From positions 75,518,001 to 75,582,000 of the forward strand of contig NC_058368.1 in the NCBI RefSeq assembly GCF_018350175.1: DNA of 64,000 bases. The letters are read 5' to 3'. Below, piece after piece: positions 38,815 through 52,430 of the stretch (position 1 is its first letter; every line of letters starts with the position of its first letter). The translations under genes and the position numbers were made by a program. The notes beneath the pieces are model-generated. The model was given only the letters and a program-made list of their open reading frames with translations, did no database searches and was not told the origin of the DNA. This DNA is from Felis catus (Eukaryota).

Positions 38815-39034
38815 TTTATTTATTTTTTTTTCAACGTTTATTTATTTTTGGGACAGAGAGAGACAGAGCATGAATGGGGGAGGGGCAGAGAGAGAGGGAG
38901 ACACAGAACCGGAAACAGGCTCCAGGCTCCGAGCCATCAGCCCAGAGCCTGACGCGGGGCTCGAACCCACGGACCGTGAGATCGTGACATGGCTGAAGTC
39001 AGACGCTTAACCGACTGCGCCACCCAGGCGCCCC
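38815..39034 (-). mobile_element. Young felid CanSINE
   Basis: TSD ccaggtttcctttta. Confidence 0.97.
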
Positions 39035-39084
39035 CCAGGTTTCCTTTTAAAGCATTAAGTTCTTAAGGTGTATGAATTATATTT

Positions 39085-39302
39085 CTTTTTAATTTTTTTA
39101 ATGTTTATTTATTTTTCAGAGAGAGAGAGAGAGAGCGAGCATGGATGGGGGAGGGGCAGAGAGAGGGGGAGACACAGAATCCGAAGGAGGCTCCAGGCTC
39201 TGAGCTGTCAGCACAGAACCTGATGCAGGTCTGGAACCCAGGAACCGTGAGATCATGACCTGAGTTGAAATTGGATGCTCAATAGAGCCACCCTCTGCCC
39301 CC
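39085..39302 (-). mobile_element. CanSINE
   Basis: TSD tgaattatat. Confidence 0.94.
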
Positions 39303-40112
39303 TTGAATTATATCTAAACATTTTCATGTGTCTCACAGGATCTAGAAAAGTGTCACCCTTAGAAAATATTCCTTCAACTGAAATCAATTAAAAGTTTTAT
39401 TCTGAATTTGTATGGCAGATAATATATATTTCTTTCGTAATGAGGGCAAGGGATGATGGTTATGTCCCGGCACTGTTTGTTTGCATTGAAAATACATAAA
39501 CGAGGGGTCCGTTTATAAGGAGTTTCCTTTCCAAATCTCTAAGTATCACTTCACACCGTAACCGTCCACTAAGAACCAGATGTTGTAAAGCAATGCGCCA
39601 GTGTTATTTGGATTTATGGGAGATTTGAGAGAAAGTTCAGTGCTGAAATAAAAATACAAACCTCTGGGAACGTGGTGTACAGGTGAGCTCGTAGGCACTC
39701 TGGAAGGCTGCATCTTATTTTGATCATGGAGACTCTTACCTTGGTTTTGGTGCCATGTTGAATCATGTCAATCCAGAAAGTTGTACTCCAAAACTGTGTG
39801 TCATTATAAAAATGAACACTAAAAAATAAAACTGTTCTGAAATGGTTTTAAACTTGCGAGATGTTAACCCTTGAAGTTTTTCCGCGACCCGTGACATCTG
39901 TCATTGAGTAAGTGTAGGTCATACCCACTTTAGTTGCCTGAAGAGTAGCTAAATTTATTTGGAATGGCAAGAGACTAAAATTATCTTCTAGCTTGTTTCA
40001 CAGGGGTGCACCGTCTTTGTTCCTCCTAATTTATTTTTCTTTATGTTACCATGTCGTTGAGTTTAAATATTTTTAAAAACTAGCAAAAAAGAAGATTAAA
40101 AAATGAAAACCC

Positions 40113-40241
40113 AGGGACGCCTGGGTGGCTCAGTTGTTCAAGCGTCTGACTATTGACTTTGGCTTGGGTCATGATCTCATGGTTTGTGAGTTTGAGACCC
40201 ACCTCGGGCTCTATGCTGACAGTGCAGAGACTGCTTGGGAT

Positions 40242-40272
<31 letters not shown>

Positions 40273-40330
40273 CTCCATCACTCTCTGCCCCTCCTCTGCA
40301 CCCCCACTTTCTCTCTCAAAATAAATAAAA
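40113..40330 (+). mobile_element. CanSINE
   Basis: SINE head, CT tract, A tail. Confidence 0.94.
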
Positions 40331-40957
40331 CTTTACAAAAATACTCATATACTCACCTTTTCATCAAATATTATAATTTGGTCTTATTAGTGAGAGCATA
40401 TTTTTAATGAAGTAAAAAAATGTAGATATAGTTGGAGCCCCATTCTTGCCTCTTCCAGTTCATTCTTATTCTTTTCTTTCCAAAAAAGATCACTGTTTTC
40501 AATTTGGCATTATCTTTACCACACTTGTTAAAGAGGTCTCTTTAACGTATAAAGAAACAAATTATTTCATGTAACAAATTATTGAATACTCCACATCATG
40601 ATGCTCTTGCCCCATCCATTAGGGATTTTAAAATACGTATCCACGTTGGTGCACATGTCTGGGGACTTCTTCTGCCTCCCAGCTGCCTATCTGGCTAAGG
40701 TTGACATATCTTATTAGACACTAAACAAACAAACAGACAAAACCCCGGCTTTTGGTTTCAGAGTTATTGCCACTTCATCTCTGGTGACATCAACGTTTTT
40801 CCATTTCCCAAGAAGTCACGCTTTCCAAGAGTTTACTCTCACCTAATGCTATCATTTCCATCCATTTTTTTTTTTTTTTTTTTACATCTGGTCTACTTGT
40901 TCAAGCAGACAGTAGCTTAAAGCAATCACTTTAACAACAACAACAACAACAAAAACT

Positions 40958-41157
40958 ATTTTTTTAAGTTTATTTGTTGATTTTGAGAGAGACAGTGCAA
41001 GCGAGGGAGGAGCAGAGAGAGAGGAGGAGAGAATCCTGAGAAGGCTCTGAGCTGTCAGCATAGAGCCCGAGGCGGGGCTCAAACCCACGAACCGTGAGAT
41101 CTTGACCTGAGCTGAAACCAAGAGTTGGACGCTTTGACTGAGCCACCAAGGAGCCCC
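40958..41157 (-). mobile_element. CanSINE
   Basis: Full SINE structure. Confidence 0.94.
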
Positions 41158-41317
41158 TTTTTTAATAAAAAAAATATATATCTATAAAGCATACTGCTCT
41201 TCAAACAGTTTTTATTCGTTGTCTGTCTTGATTTCTTTACCTGAGTTTAAAATGACCAATTACCAGTTATTTTGTGTGATTACTTTGAAGCTATTAATTA
41301 TTGCCTTTAAGCTTGTG

Positions 41318-41735
41318 TTTTGCTGTGGTATAAGACACATAACATAAAATTTACCGTCTTACCTATTTCTGGAATTAAACGGTGTTCAAAACCTTTTCAT
41401 TCCGCCAGACTGAAACCCCTTATCTCTCCGAACCCAGGCCCCAAACCCTGGTTACCACTGTTCTACTTTTCTATTGTTGCACATTTGACTACTTTAGAGA
41501 CCTCGTATATTTGAAATCATACAGTACTTGTCTAATTATGTATGGTTTAGCTCACTTATCAGGATGTCTTCACGTTTTGTTCGTGTTGTAGCACGTGACA
41601 CGATTCTCTTCCTTTTTAAGGATGAATAATCTTCCATTGTATGTACGTATCACATTTTTTTTTTATCTCTTCCTCCCTTGATGAACATTTGGCTTGCCTC
41701 TACATCTTGTCTATCGTGAATAATGCTGCTGTTTC
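41318..41735 (-). mobile_element. L1MB-like 3' end
   Basis: acacataacataaaatttaccgtctt..tgttgtagcacgtgac..gtgaataatgctgct. Confidence 0.85.
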
Positions 41736-41779
41736 CTTTAAGCTTTGTACTGTTGTATTAGTCTGATTTTCTTCAACAG

Positions 41780-42170
41780 TAGATTATCTATACCTTGTAA
41801 CTTTAAAAATATCATTTTATATTAGGTAATCTACAGTATTACTACCATATATCTAAATACGACTTTATTTCTTTTATCTTTCATGTAAATCACAGTCACT
41901 TGTAGTAGGAAAGAAAATCCTTTTTCACATTCCAGAAAAATGATTAGGTATATACATTTCCTGTTTGTTTCCCCTGAAATTACCATTACACACACATTGG
42001 AGATTCCGTTTTTATCCCACATGTCTATAATATTTCTTAACATTTCTATTTTTGACTCTCTGTACTGATTTTTATATAAATCCCTTATTTCTATCTTCAT
42101 TACTATTTTTACTTTATCATATCCAGTCTAGAATGTGTCCCAATCATTTGATATATTGATTGTTTTTTTA
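41780..42170 (-). mobile_element. Ancient L1 ORF1/HAL1-like fragment
   Basis: Decayed ORF1-like peptide IIDMWDKNGISNVCVMVISG. Confidence 0.45.
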
Positions 42171-42879
42171 ATCTATCTCTTCTTACTTTATATATGTCTG
42201 TTTTGTGTTCAAACTCAGATACTACTATAATTTAAGAGGGAAATTATCTTTCAAAGTCAGAGAGTCTGTTATAAATTATGGGAAGAACTCAATTTCTTAA
42301 CCCTACACTGTTTTATATAAGCATTTGTTATATAACTCTGGTGTTAACTATAAATAATGTGTGTTATAGTGAAACACAATTATACAAAGAAAAAAAAACA
42401 CAATTATGCTAAGCCTAATTGTCAATCCATCAATTAGGTATGCCAATCTCATATAATAAGCAGTAAACTTCATTCTCTTTCATAAATGATCCTAAGATTC
42501 AGTGATATGCAAACAAACGGTCTCATCCTTGAAAATTAAGTCTTTTCTGGGGTGGTAGGTAATGTCCACTGACTAGTTATGGGTGATGAATTTGGCCTAT
42601 TTTTTTGTGCTTCTGGAATATTCTATAGTCTAAAGCAATGCGAAGAGTTAGGAATAATAAGGAGATGATATGGATCTCTGATTTCAAAATTCGATAGAAC
42701 CTAATTTTTAGGTACACGTTCAACGCTAAATTAGCTATTTAAGAATGAACTTAATCCCCAGAAAAATAGTGAAAGATCTGAATTAGTATATAGATCCAAA
42801 TGCAAACTGTCAGAGATGTTCTTTGAATGCTTTCATAGGCCAGTCAGTGTTTCTACATGTTCTATATTTTAGTCATTAA

Positions 42880-43040
42880 ATACATCTTGAAGAAGAGATT
42901 GCTATTATTCTGCTTTATTTTAGAAGCAAAACTGAGGCTCATAAAGTCCAATCATTGCCACAAGGTCACATAGTAAGCAGCACAGCTGGGGTGTAAAACT
43001 TTCCTCCAACTTTCCTCCAACTTCAGGGTTCTTATTTTAT
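42880..43040 (-). mobile_element. MIR fragment
   Basis: ctattattc..aaactgaggctcata..caaggtcacatag. Confidence 0.75.
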
Positions 43041-43569
43041 CATAGCTGCCATATGGAAATACCAACTTGGCGATTCATCTGTGATCTCTCCACTGCCTCT
43101 TGTGTTAGTGTTGTTAACTTCCAATAAAAATCTAACGACGACATTTCCTTTGGTCATATCATAGTGAGAATGCTTTGCAAGCTTCTAAGAAAGAAATATC
43201 TTTTGAGTCTTGGGTTTTCTCACAGCAGGGAATGCCATTAAGATGTCCATTGGTGTCGCAGCTCCCTGAGAAGAGAATGACAGAATAACTCAGGGGTGGA
43301 AGGAGAGATTCCCGGGATAGGTACACGATCGGAAAAGGCAAACTGAGACAACTCCAAGTTGAATTCCTCTCTGGGGTATAGCAACAACTATCCAGGGAAA
43401 GAATAACTCACGGGGTGATGTGGCCCCTATCATACTTCCCACTAGGTCTGCCACTGTGTTTACCAGCAGAGCAGTGGTGAATTACTTTGGAAGCTGAACA
43501 AGGATGACTGTTCTTGGTGACTATATAGGCTGCAACATTGAAGGGAATTCCTAAAAGGTTGCGTGATGT

Positions 43570-43775
43570 GGGGACACCCCGGTGGCTCAGTCAGTTGAGC
43601 GTCTGACTTCGGCTCAGGTCCTGATCTCAAGGTTCTTGAGTTCAAGCCCCACGTCAGGCTTGCAGCTGAGGGGCAAAGAGTCCACTTCAGATCCTCTGTC
43701 TCCTTCTCTCTGCCTTTCCCCCTGCTTGTGCTCTCTCATAAATACATACACATTTGGGAAAAAAAAAAAAAAAAA
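43570..43775 (+). mobile_element. CanSINE (diverged)
   Basis: Decayed TSD aaaaggttgcgtga / aaaagattgcatga. Confidence 0.92.
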
Positions 43776-43976
43776 GATTGCATGAGGTCTTTCTCATCTT
43801 CAGGACCAAACTGAAATCTCTTGACACTTTTTCTCTTGTGGACCCAACGTGTGCTTTACTTTACTTGTTGTTTATTTTCCCATCGTAAGGGAATGGGGAT
43901 TCCTACCAAATACTTCTATACGGTTTGTCTTCATCATTTGATTGTAAAAGCTCAGTAACGTATAAAATTTTAAAGG

Positions 43977-44191
43977 ATTTTTTTTTCAACGTTTATTCAT
44001 TTTTGGGACAGAGAGAGACAGAGCATGAACGGGGGAGGGGCAGAGAGAGAGAGGGAGACACAGAATCGGAAACAGGCTCCAGGCTCTGAGCCATCAGCCC
44101 AGAGCCCGACACGGGGCTCGAACTCCCGGACCACGAGATCGTGACCTGGCTGAAGTCGGACGCTCAACCAACTGCGCCACCCAGGCGCCCC
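43977..44191 (-). mobile_element. Young felid CanSINE
   Basis: TSD agtaacgtataaaattttaaa. Confidence 0.97.
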
Positions 44192-44319
44192 AGTAACGTA
44201 TAAAATTTTAAATGCACATTACATAAAGCTGTGTATATGACAACCTGCCATAGACCTTGATTGGACGTGTAGTTCATAGAGGAAGAGAATGAGCACGATA
44301 GACTTAAAAGCAGAGCGTG

Positions 44320-44525
44320 GGGGCACCTGGGTGGCTCAGTCAGTCAGGTGTCCGACTTCGGCTCAGATCATGATCCCACAGTCCATGAGTTCAAGCCCGT
44401 ACATCAGGCTCTGTGCTGACAGCTCGGAGCCTGGAGCCTGCTTCAGATTCTGTGTCTCCCTCTCTTCTGTCCTTTCCCCTCTCCCACTGTTTCTCAAAAA
44501 AAGGAATAAATGTCAAAAATAAAAG
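44320..44525 (+). mobile_element. CanSINE
   Basis: SINE head and tail. Confidence 0.94.
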
Positions 44526-46789
44526 AGTGTGTACTCTTGCTTCACCCAAAAAGCTTGACCGACTCTACGTATTAATATTGTCTGAGAACATTTACAGTCG
44601 GAAGAGGATGGATAATCAAATCTTACAAACGTTCATACCCTTCAGTTTCCAATTTCCCCAGTGACATAGGAAATTAGCTGTTGAACTAATCAGACTAGAA
44701 CTGCCAGAAGTTGCCGAGGCCACAGGGGCAGGTCAGCCTGGGGAATCTGTCCACTGAAATTGATGCCATTCAGCCCAATGGGAGCTGGTGGCCGGAGCCT
44801 AAGTCCGAGACGATAAATGTGCGGTCTCTTTTCGGCTGGCATGGCTTCCCAAATATTCATACCGATCTTTTCCCTTGAACCTCCTGGGATTTCTGGCTTT
44901 GGCCCAGAAATCGGGCAGATCCGTTGAACTGGTCTCTCCTGACATTTTCTCTTTATTATTTTTTCTTGGATAGATCTCTAAAATAGCTCCTGGATAACTT
45001 TCTTAAACTATATTTAAAATTCAACACAACTGAAGTAGGAAATTTTCCAACACAATGGACAAAGCTTATAGGGTTGACAGATGCACCTGTAGACTAATGA
45101 TCTCTATTAAGGTGACAGGAATTCTGGCAGGTTAAGTGATCCAATGTCAAAAAGTCAGCGAAAGGCAAAACTTGGATAGACTACACTAACAATCTATTGT
45201 TATTATCATTATTATTTTGCTATCATAATTCCCTATTCAATTCAGTCAAATATCTAATCTTCATGGCTATCATGAAGGCAATAAGCAGGCCTAAGTTAGA
45301 CCTAACTCCTAAAAGTTGCTGGTATTCATATGATCTAAAGAGAAGTGACTTTTCCACTCAGTAAATGCAAAGTTCAGTTTGGTCGATAGGATGCGTAGAT
45401 GGATGTGTAACTAAAATATCAACGTGCCCAACATACCAGAGGATTAAAAGTTACAAGAATGGGTCACTGAAAGCACCTCGCGCTGCATGACAAAGCATTG
45501 GGGAATATCACCTCAGCGGTATGCCTCAGTTGCTGTAACCTGAATGAGATAGATGGGTGATCTTGGCAATCCTTCTTAGCTCACAGACTACAAAACAGTG
45601 ACTCAAAGCTAAGGAATACACTTTCCCAAAGCCTCCTGTTATTCTCAGGGCTACAATGTCAAGGTTACCAAATTCATAAGAAAATCACTGAAAAGCCAGA
45701 AGGAACTCGGGTCATCACAGTGCATAACTTTCCTGTTTTGGTGCATCTCACATTTTGGGGGATAATTTGCAAGTTTGCTTCAGGAGTGGGAGTAGAAACT
45801 TATGTCATTTCTATCTCTGTCATAAATGATCTCAGGCCCTTGACTTTCCCTACTGTAGGCTCCTCTTAATTCTCTGTCCAAGTCAATGTTATCCCACTTA
45901 TCGTTGGTCGATCACTCAATTAAACTAAGCTATAATCTAGCATAGCTCTAGCTGGCAAATAAGTTCCAAACAAATGACAAAAGTTAATAAATACGTGCAG
46001 TAATATGCATTCAGGTTGAGTCGTTTTTGCACTAAATGGATGGCTATTTTCAACTTGGTGGTACACTCAGACCTTTATACTTTCAGCAAATGAGAGCACA
46101 AATCTCCCGGAACAAAGAGAAGAATCAATTCTGAGGCAGGGGCAGAGCAGTTGGGCGGAGTTGCCTTTTCTTCCCCAGGGTGGAGTGCCTCCCCTGTTCT
46201 CACTACATCTGGCAGCACAGATGGCAGGAAAATTAATAGGAGGGAGGAAGCATTGACCTCATGTGGATATAAACAAGTCCTGAGACTACACACGCAGACA
46301 AATCCGATAATAGCCTTAAAAGAGACCTTGAAAGTTCATTGAGTTCAGCTCCCTGCTGCTGGTAGAGCTGTGCTCAACAAAGTCCGATGTCCTGGGTGAG
46401 CATCCTTGAGGTCACGTGCATAGAGATCCTAGAATAGGTCACTGAGGACAGCCATGCAGTGTATCTCCCTAGGTAAGTGTTGAAGTAGGATATGAGCATC
46501 TGTTTTATATTAGTATATCCTGGTGGAGTCAGGAGACGAGAAAAAACTGACTACTTACGTGCTCCCTATCACATGTATTCTACCCATTATTGGAATCCTC
46601 AGAGACGAAGAGCCTGTACACAGATGTTCACCTCTGAACACATTTGTAGGGTTAACCCAACCAGCTTGTTTCGAGAACTCGCTGGTAGTTCACATCAATC
46701 ACTAAACAAGTTTTTTGTTGATTGAAGAATCACTGAGCTGACCATGACCTGGGTTTTGTCCAGCCTGGACTGACTATTCAGACATGGCT

Positions 46790-47149
46790 GACAGGCTGAT
46801 GTAAAAGTCATTTTCATCCCCATCCCCCTCATCGCCTCCCATTAAGAAGTGGCCCCATTGGCAATGGGCTTTAAACCAAGGCCCATTGGAGGGTTTTAAG
46901 GAAAAATGAGCTTTCCTGATTAAAGGGATAAATGGGTCTCATGCTGTGCTTTCACCCCTTCTACTTGCCTTGAACATGGACTTGATGATATACTGCAACC
47001 ATGGAAGTAAAGCAAGAGAATTGCAAATTGCTGATATTGTTCCAGCAACTTTCCTGGCAACACATTTTTGTTATATGAAGATAATTAAGTCCTATTTTTG
47101 AGCCAGAAACAATCTATTAACTTCATCTAAAATACACCTAATTGATGCA
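46790..47149 (+). mobile_element. LTR33-like ERVL solo LTR
   Basis: tgccttgaacatggac..caaccatggaag..gcaagagaattgca..ttgttatatgaagataa..cctaattgatgca; start approximate. Confidence 0.6.
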
Positions 47150-47190
47150 CTTGCTAGTGCCTGAATATTCTGTAAAATGTCTTAACTACA

Positions 47191-47388
47191 GGGGCGCCTG
47201 GGTGGCTCAGTGGGTTAAGCGTCTGACTTCGGCTTAGGTCATGATCTCACGGTTTGTGCTGACAGCTTGGAGCCTGGAGCCTGCCTCGGATCCTGTGCCC
47301 CCCTCTCTCTCTGCCCCAACCCACTTGCGTTCTGTCTCTGTCTGTCTCAAAAATAAATAAACATTAAAAAATTTTAAATAAAAAAAAG
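47191..47388 (+). mobile_element. CanSINE with internal deletion of the B box
   Basis: ctcacggtttgtg joined directly to ctgacagc. Confidence 0.93.
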
Positions 47389-47389
47389 A

Positions 47390-47533
47390 AAACTTGTTAA
47401 AACACAGATATGTGGCCCCAGTTCCATAGTGTGATATGATAGGTCCAGTTGTAGAGTCCGACACGTTCAATTTCTAACCAGCTCCCAGGTGATCCCATTA
47501 TTGCTAGTTTGAGGACCACATTTTCAACAGCAC
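47390..47533. mobile_element. MER5-like hAT-Charlie fragment
   Basis: cttgttaaaacacagat..tttctaaccagctcccaggtgat..gaggaccacattt. Confidence 0.75.
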
Positions 47534-49112
47534 AGGCACAAAAGATTTCAAACGATGCTTGTTATTAACACTTCATACATGCACTTCAATATGGGAGAGA
47601 CCAACTGTCATTGAGAAAGGTGTTGCCATATGCTCCTTCAAAGCCATCCTTCTATTTCGTATTTAATATGACCATTACATAGCATTGGCAAAATCCTAGT
47701 TGATACGTGGATCAACAGCCTGATTTCCCAAACATACAATTCATAAACTTATGTATAAACATGTATAAATAAGTGGCCTCCCTCCTTCAATTACGATGGC
47801 TATTTTTTTAGTGGGCCCCTCCATTTCTATCTTTAGAATCCATTATGACCCATTCCAGGCCCTACTGCATGTGAACCATTTTTAAAAATATGTTAGAGCG
47901 ATTAGAAAAGAGCACATGGAATCTAAAATTCACAGAAAGATACAGGACTGTGACGATGCAATGATCACGTTTCAGTTTTTTTTTTTTTTTTTTTTTAGTT
48001 TCCATTTAAGTAAGGAAGAAAGCATGTTTTTTACTAATCAGTATTCTTTTCTTCTGTTTCTAGTTTTAATCACACGCACACACACTCACGGACACACACA
48101 CTCACAAGTTTCACATGCTGGAGAATGCGGGGAAGATGCCTCTTTACTCTTGATGGAGAGGACAGGATGCTGTGATGAATCTCATGCAGCAGGTGTCTGA
48201 TGGACTATTATTTAATCTCTGCTTTGGGAAAGAGCAATCAAATGGTAGCTGTTGGTATTTGTTTAATAAAAACTCCAGATGTTGACAATGTTTCCCCATG
48301 GCCATTGATATATAATGATTTGCACACAGCTGCTGAAAAACCATCAAGCCCCACTACTTCGTGAACATCACTGGGAATAATTCTTTTTTTCTTTGTGTGT
48401 TTTACACACAGCCCTCATGGCATGACTCACATATTTCTTGGGTGTTAAATTGAGCCAGCTAAATAAGATTTATTCACATTTATTCTCTTACACTTCTGTA
48501 AAAAGCTCTATCACACGTTAATGGGGGCATTCTGATGTAACAATAGAATGTCATCATTTTGAGCCTCTAGTTACCCTGGAAATGCAGCGAGCAACACATA
48601 TTTATACAGGGCACCGTTTTGGCAAATTGTTCTTGTAAAGAACACAGAACTTTGAACACAGGTTAAGAGAGTAAAGCACAAAGATTTTGTTGATTTATTA
48701 AAGGGCAATTCAGATTCAGACTCACTCAGCATTTGAATTTTTCCTAGAGTTAAAAAACAAAACAAAACATTGCCTTACTTTTATTTTTTTCAGCAGTCAG
48801 CAAATGTCAGAAAGGGGAACATTAAATTTGTTCCACGTCCGCCGAAATATTTTCAGAATGATTTCTGTGTTGCTTCAGGATTGATAGGTGGTTGTCCCCC
48901 AGAGAGAAAAGACGAGTTCTCTCTGGATCTTATAAGCCACACAAGAGGGTGAAGGGGGTCTAACAGGAATGAAAATGGTGAACACAACAAATGTCACGTA
49001 CGTTCCTTTCTTGTTTTTCTGTGCAGTTACTCACGGGCGGGCTCTTGTAAGAAGACACGGGTAATCCTCCCGAGGCCGGCTTCATAGATCACCTCAGATC
49101 CACAGCAGACCT

Positions 49113-49113
<1 letters not shown>

Positions 49114-49156
<43 letters not shown>

Positions 49157-49162
49157 CCTCCT
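49114..49162. repeat. (CT)n microsatellite
   Basis: Direct reading. Confidence 0.95.
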
Positions 49163-49284
49163 CTGCCTCCACGCTCTCAGTGTCAGAATAGGAATGGCCC
49201 CAGCCACACATAGCAACGCTGAACTCATCACCAAAATGTGTGTGTTAAAAATCCCATTGGTGACACTGAGTGATTGCAGAATAT

Positions 49285-49998
49285 TGTGTCAGGCTCCCAC
49301 TGCTGCTGTAACAAATTGCCACACACTTCCGGGCTTAATACAGCAAAATTTATCAGCTTACAGTTCTGCAGTTCGGTTGCACGGGATGGGTTTCAGCTGG
49401 TAGAAATTTTGGTGTCACCAGGGCTGATTGCTGTGGAGTCTCTAGAGGAGATGCCATTTCCTTGCTTTTTCCAGCTTCCGGCACCTCCTCCATCCTCAAA
49501 GCCAGCAGACAGCACCTTCCAATGTCTTCCTTGAGCTTCCTTTGCTGTGTCTCACGTTTTCTGACTCTCCTTCCTCCCTCACGTGAGGGTCCTTGTGATC
49601 ACATTGGTCTCCCATGGGGATTCCTGTCAAAACTTTTTTTTTTTAATTTATCTATTTATTTTGAAAGAGACAGAGACAGTGGGATCGGGGAAGGGGCAGA
49701 GAAAGAGGGAAAGAGACAATCCCAAGCAGGCTCCACGTCGTAGGCACAGAGCCTGACGCAGGGCTTGAACCCACTAAACCCTGAGATCATCACCCGAGCC
49801 CCAACCAAGAGTTGGGAGGTTTAAACGAATCAACCACTCAGGCACCCCTCCCATCTAATCTCTTATCACAAGACCCTTAACTTCATCACACCTGCAAAGT
49901 CCCCTTTGTCCTGTAACATGCCACATTCACAGGTCACAAGGACCATTGCAGACACATGGGCAGCTGGGGGTGGGGGGTAGAATATTCTGTCCACCACC
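49285..49998 (-). mobile_element. MLT1 (MaLR) solo LTR split by a SINE
   Basis: gctgctgtaacaaattgccacac..cttacagttctg..cacctgcaaagtccccttt..attctgtccaccac. Confidence 0.85.
49634..49848 (-). mobile_element. CanSINE within MLT1
   Basis: SINE structure. Confidence 0.92.
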
Positions 49999-50170
49999 AG
50001 CCCTACAAAAAGAGTGTATGCTGTCCTTACAAAGCCCGGATGAGACCATGTTATTCACCCACACTCTTTATAGTTCACTTTCGAGCCATTGCCAATAAAA
50101 AAAAATAATAATAAATAAATAACCGCTTTGATTTATAAGTTTCAAACTGTTCTTTAAAAAAATATTTCTA

Positions 50171-50400
50171 GGGGCGCCTGGGTGGCTCGGTCGGTTGGGC
50201 GACCGACTTCGGCTCAGGTCATGATCTCGCGGTCCGTGAGTTCGAGCCCCGCGTCGGGCTCTGTGCTGACAGCTCAGAGCCTGGAGCCTGTTTCGGATTC
50301 TGTGTCTCCCTCTCTCTCTGACCCTCCCCCGTTCATGCTCTGTCTCTTTCTGTCTCAAAAATGAATAAACATTAAAAAAAAAATTTAAAAATAAAAAAAA
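50171..50400 (+). mobile_element. CanSINE
   Basis: TSD aaaaaaatatttcta. Confidence 0.97.
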
Positions 50401-51249
50401 ATATTTCTAAATAGTTAAATGTTGCAGAGGCCTAAATAAGATTACAAAGAGCCTATAAGATTTAAGGCAGCTATTTTGGGCTAACCTCTACTAATTACTA
50501 CTAATTAACTGATGATAATGTGAAGATTAGAATGTTAATGCATATAATTTAACATAAACTGATTTGTAATAAAGAATTTGCAATGGATCAGGCATGATTG
50601 ACACTTTGTCCTGAGGGTTCTTTTTACTCCCTGGAGTTTATTTATGAATGTCATTTTTACTTGATGGTAGAGGACGTAAGATTGGGAAAGGAAACTAGGA
50701 GAAAACAGAATATGGAGAGTATAAAATATGGGGGGCAAACTTTCTGTAACTTACTATGTCCAACATGTGAGTAGTATAACAAATGTGACATGACCGTTGG
50801 GTGAAGTGGTGACAGAGAGGGCCATCTGAAGTCATATATAACAAGCTACATCAGTCAAGAGTAATCGTGACGCTGAGTCACTTTTACGTGAGGACGAGCC
50901 CCAATTGTCCTCTCATTGGGCACCTATACTTCTTTCCTGGGTGCTCAGTGAGCCTGCCCACAGGGCACGCCCTTCGGTGCCTTCTCCAAGATCCTCAGGG
51001 TGGTATTCCGAAAATCCTTCCAAACGTGAGAACTCCAAGCTCTTTCTTTTGTTCCTATGGCATGGCGTATGGCTCTGCGACTTTCCTAAATGTCAGTGAG
51101 TGTTTGAAAGACAGGAGTATATGGATATGAAAATATGCAACTCTTCTTTTAAGAAGAAAGGCAATAAAGAAACAGCATTTCAATAATTTTAGGGTGGTGT
51201 CAAAATAAGTTGAATGTGCCACCCACATTCCCATCCATTGAAAAACACT

Positions 51250-52430
51250 CTTGGGCGTCCATATTCCTCTCCATGTTCTGCCTGTCTCTTTTCTCTCCTT
51301 AACTCACCTCCCATTCAGTCCTCAAGTCATACATAATAGCTTTGAAACAATCGTGTCAAAAGCCAAAAATGCCTTCGTTGCTTAAACCAATGGTCTTGAA
51401 GTCAGTTATCTCACTGGGTTCCTCAGCAACTGTGAGCCTCCTTGACCCATCTTCTCTATTTCAAATATTTTCTTTGTGGTTGGTGACCCACACTTTCTTG
51501 GATTTTCTACTAAAACTTTAGCTGGTTTTATCAAGTCCCTTCAAAGGGCGGTCATCTCCTACCCAATCCCTTCCCTGTCCCAGTGCATGAAACTTCTCCC
51601 TCAAAAGTCCGTTTCATTCACTCTCATAGTTTCCAATACCAACAATATACTGTTGATGGCCACATGCCCCTCTCTCATAAACCTCTATTGTCATCTCATA
51701 TAAATGCAATTGTGTAATTAAAATCCTATTCACGTGGCTCACAATGTATTCTAAACTGGTAGATCTTTTCCCCAACCTTGCTTCTCCAGTGTCCCCTCTC
51801 TTAGCTGGAAGCTAAGCCCACACTCACATGGCCAACTAGCCTCCCAGTCCTGCTGATTCTATCTCTTAGATGTTTTTCAGCTTCTCCATCTTCTTGCTCC
51901 TGCCACTTCCTTCCACCACACTAGTGCAAGCCACTGTCAACTCCATAGCACATCTTCCAGTTATTCTGCTTTCTCTCGTCTGTCTCAAAATCTCTCTTCT
52001 CCACTCAGAACCAGCACGATCTGATAAAGAAGCAAAGGTGGTCTACAAGGTTTGGGCTCTGCCTAAAACTCCAGAATTTGCACTTGACTTTTTCTCTACT
52101 TCCAGACACTACTATGACCCCCCAGCCTCCATGCATCACCCTCCAGCCATATTGACTTTGTTTCTATTTCTCCAATACCACAAACCTCTTTTGTATCTCA
52201 GGCATTTGCACATCTTATTTTTTTTCCCAGGAACAATCTGTTTACTTACAACTTTTCCAAGTACATCTTTCTGGGCTTGCCGACTGTGTGTGGCATATCC
52301 TTATCCCCATATCGTACCCTCATGTGTATACATCTCAAGGTACATTGCATGATTATTTCATGGACTGTGACCCCGTCCATTTTTCCGCTGCTCCATCCAA
52401 GCACCAACATTTCTTCTTGCTTACAGCTAA
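51250..52430 (+). mobile_element. L2 fragment
   Basis: Pyrimidine-rich L2-like text (ccaccacactagtgcaagccactgtca; ctcaggcatttgcacatc). Confidence 0.7.

Noticed and set aside
51870..52352. 160-aa ORF with hydrophobic N-terminus
   Set aside because: Lies within a pyrimidine-rich L2 fossil; no recognisable domain
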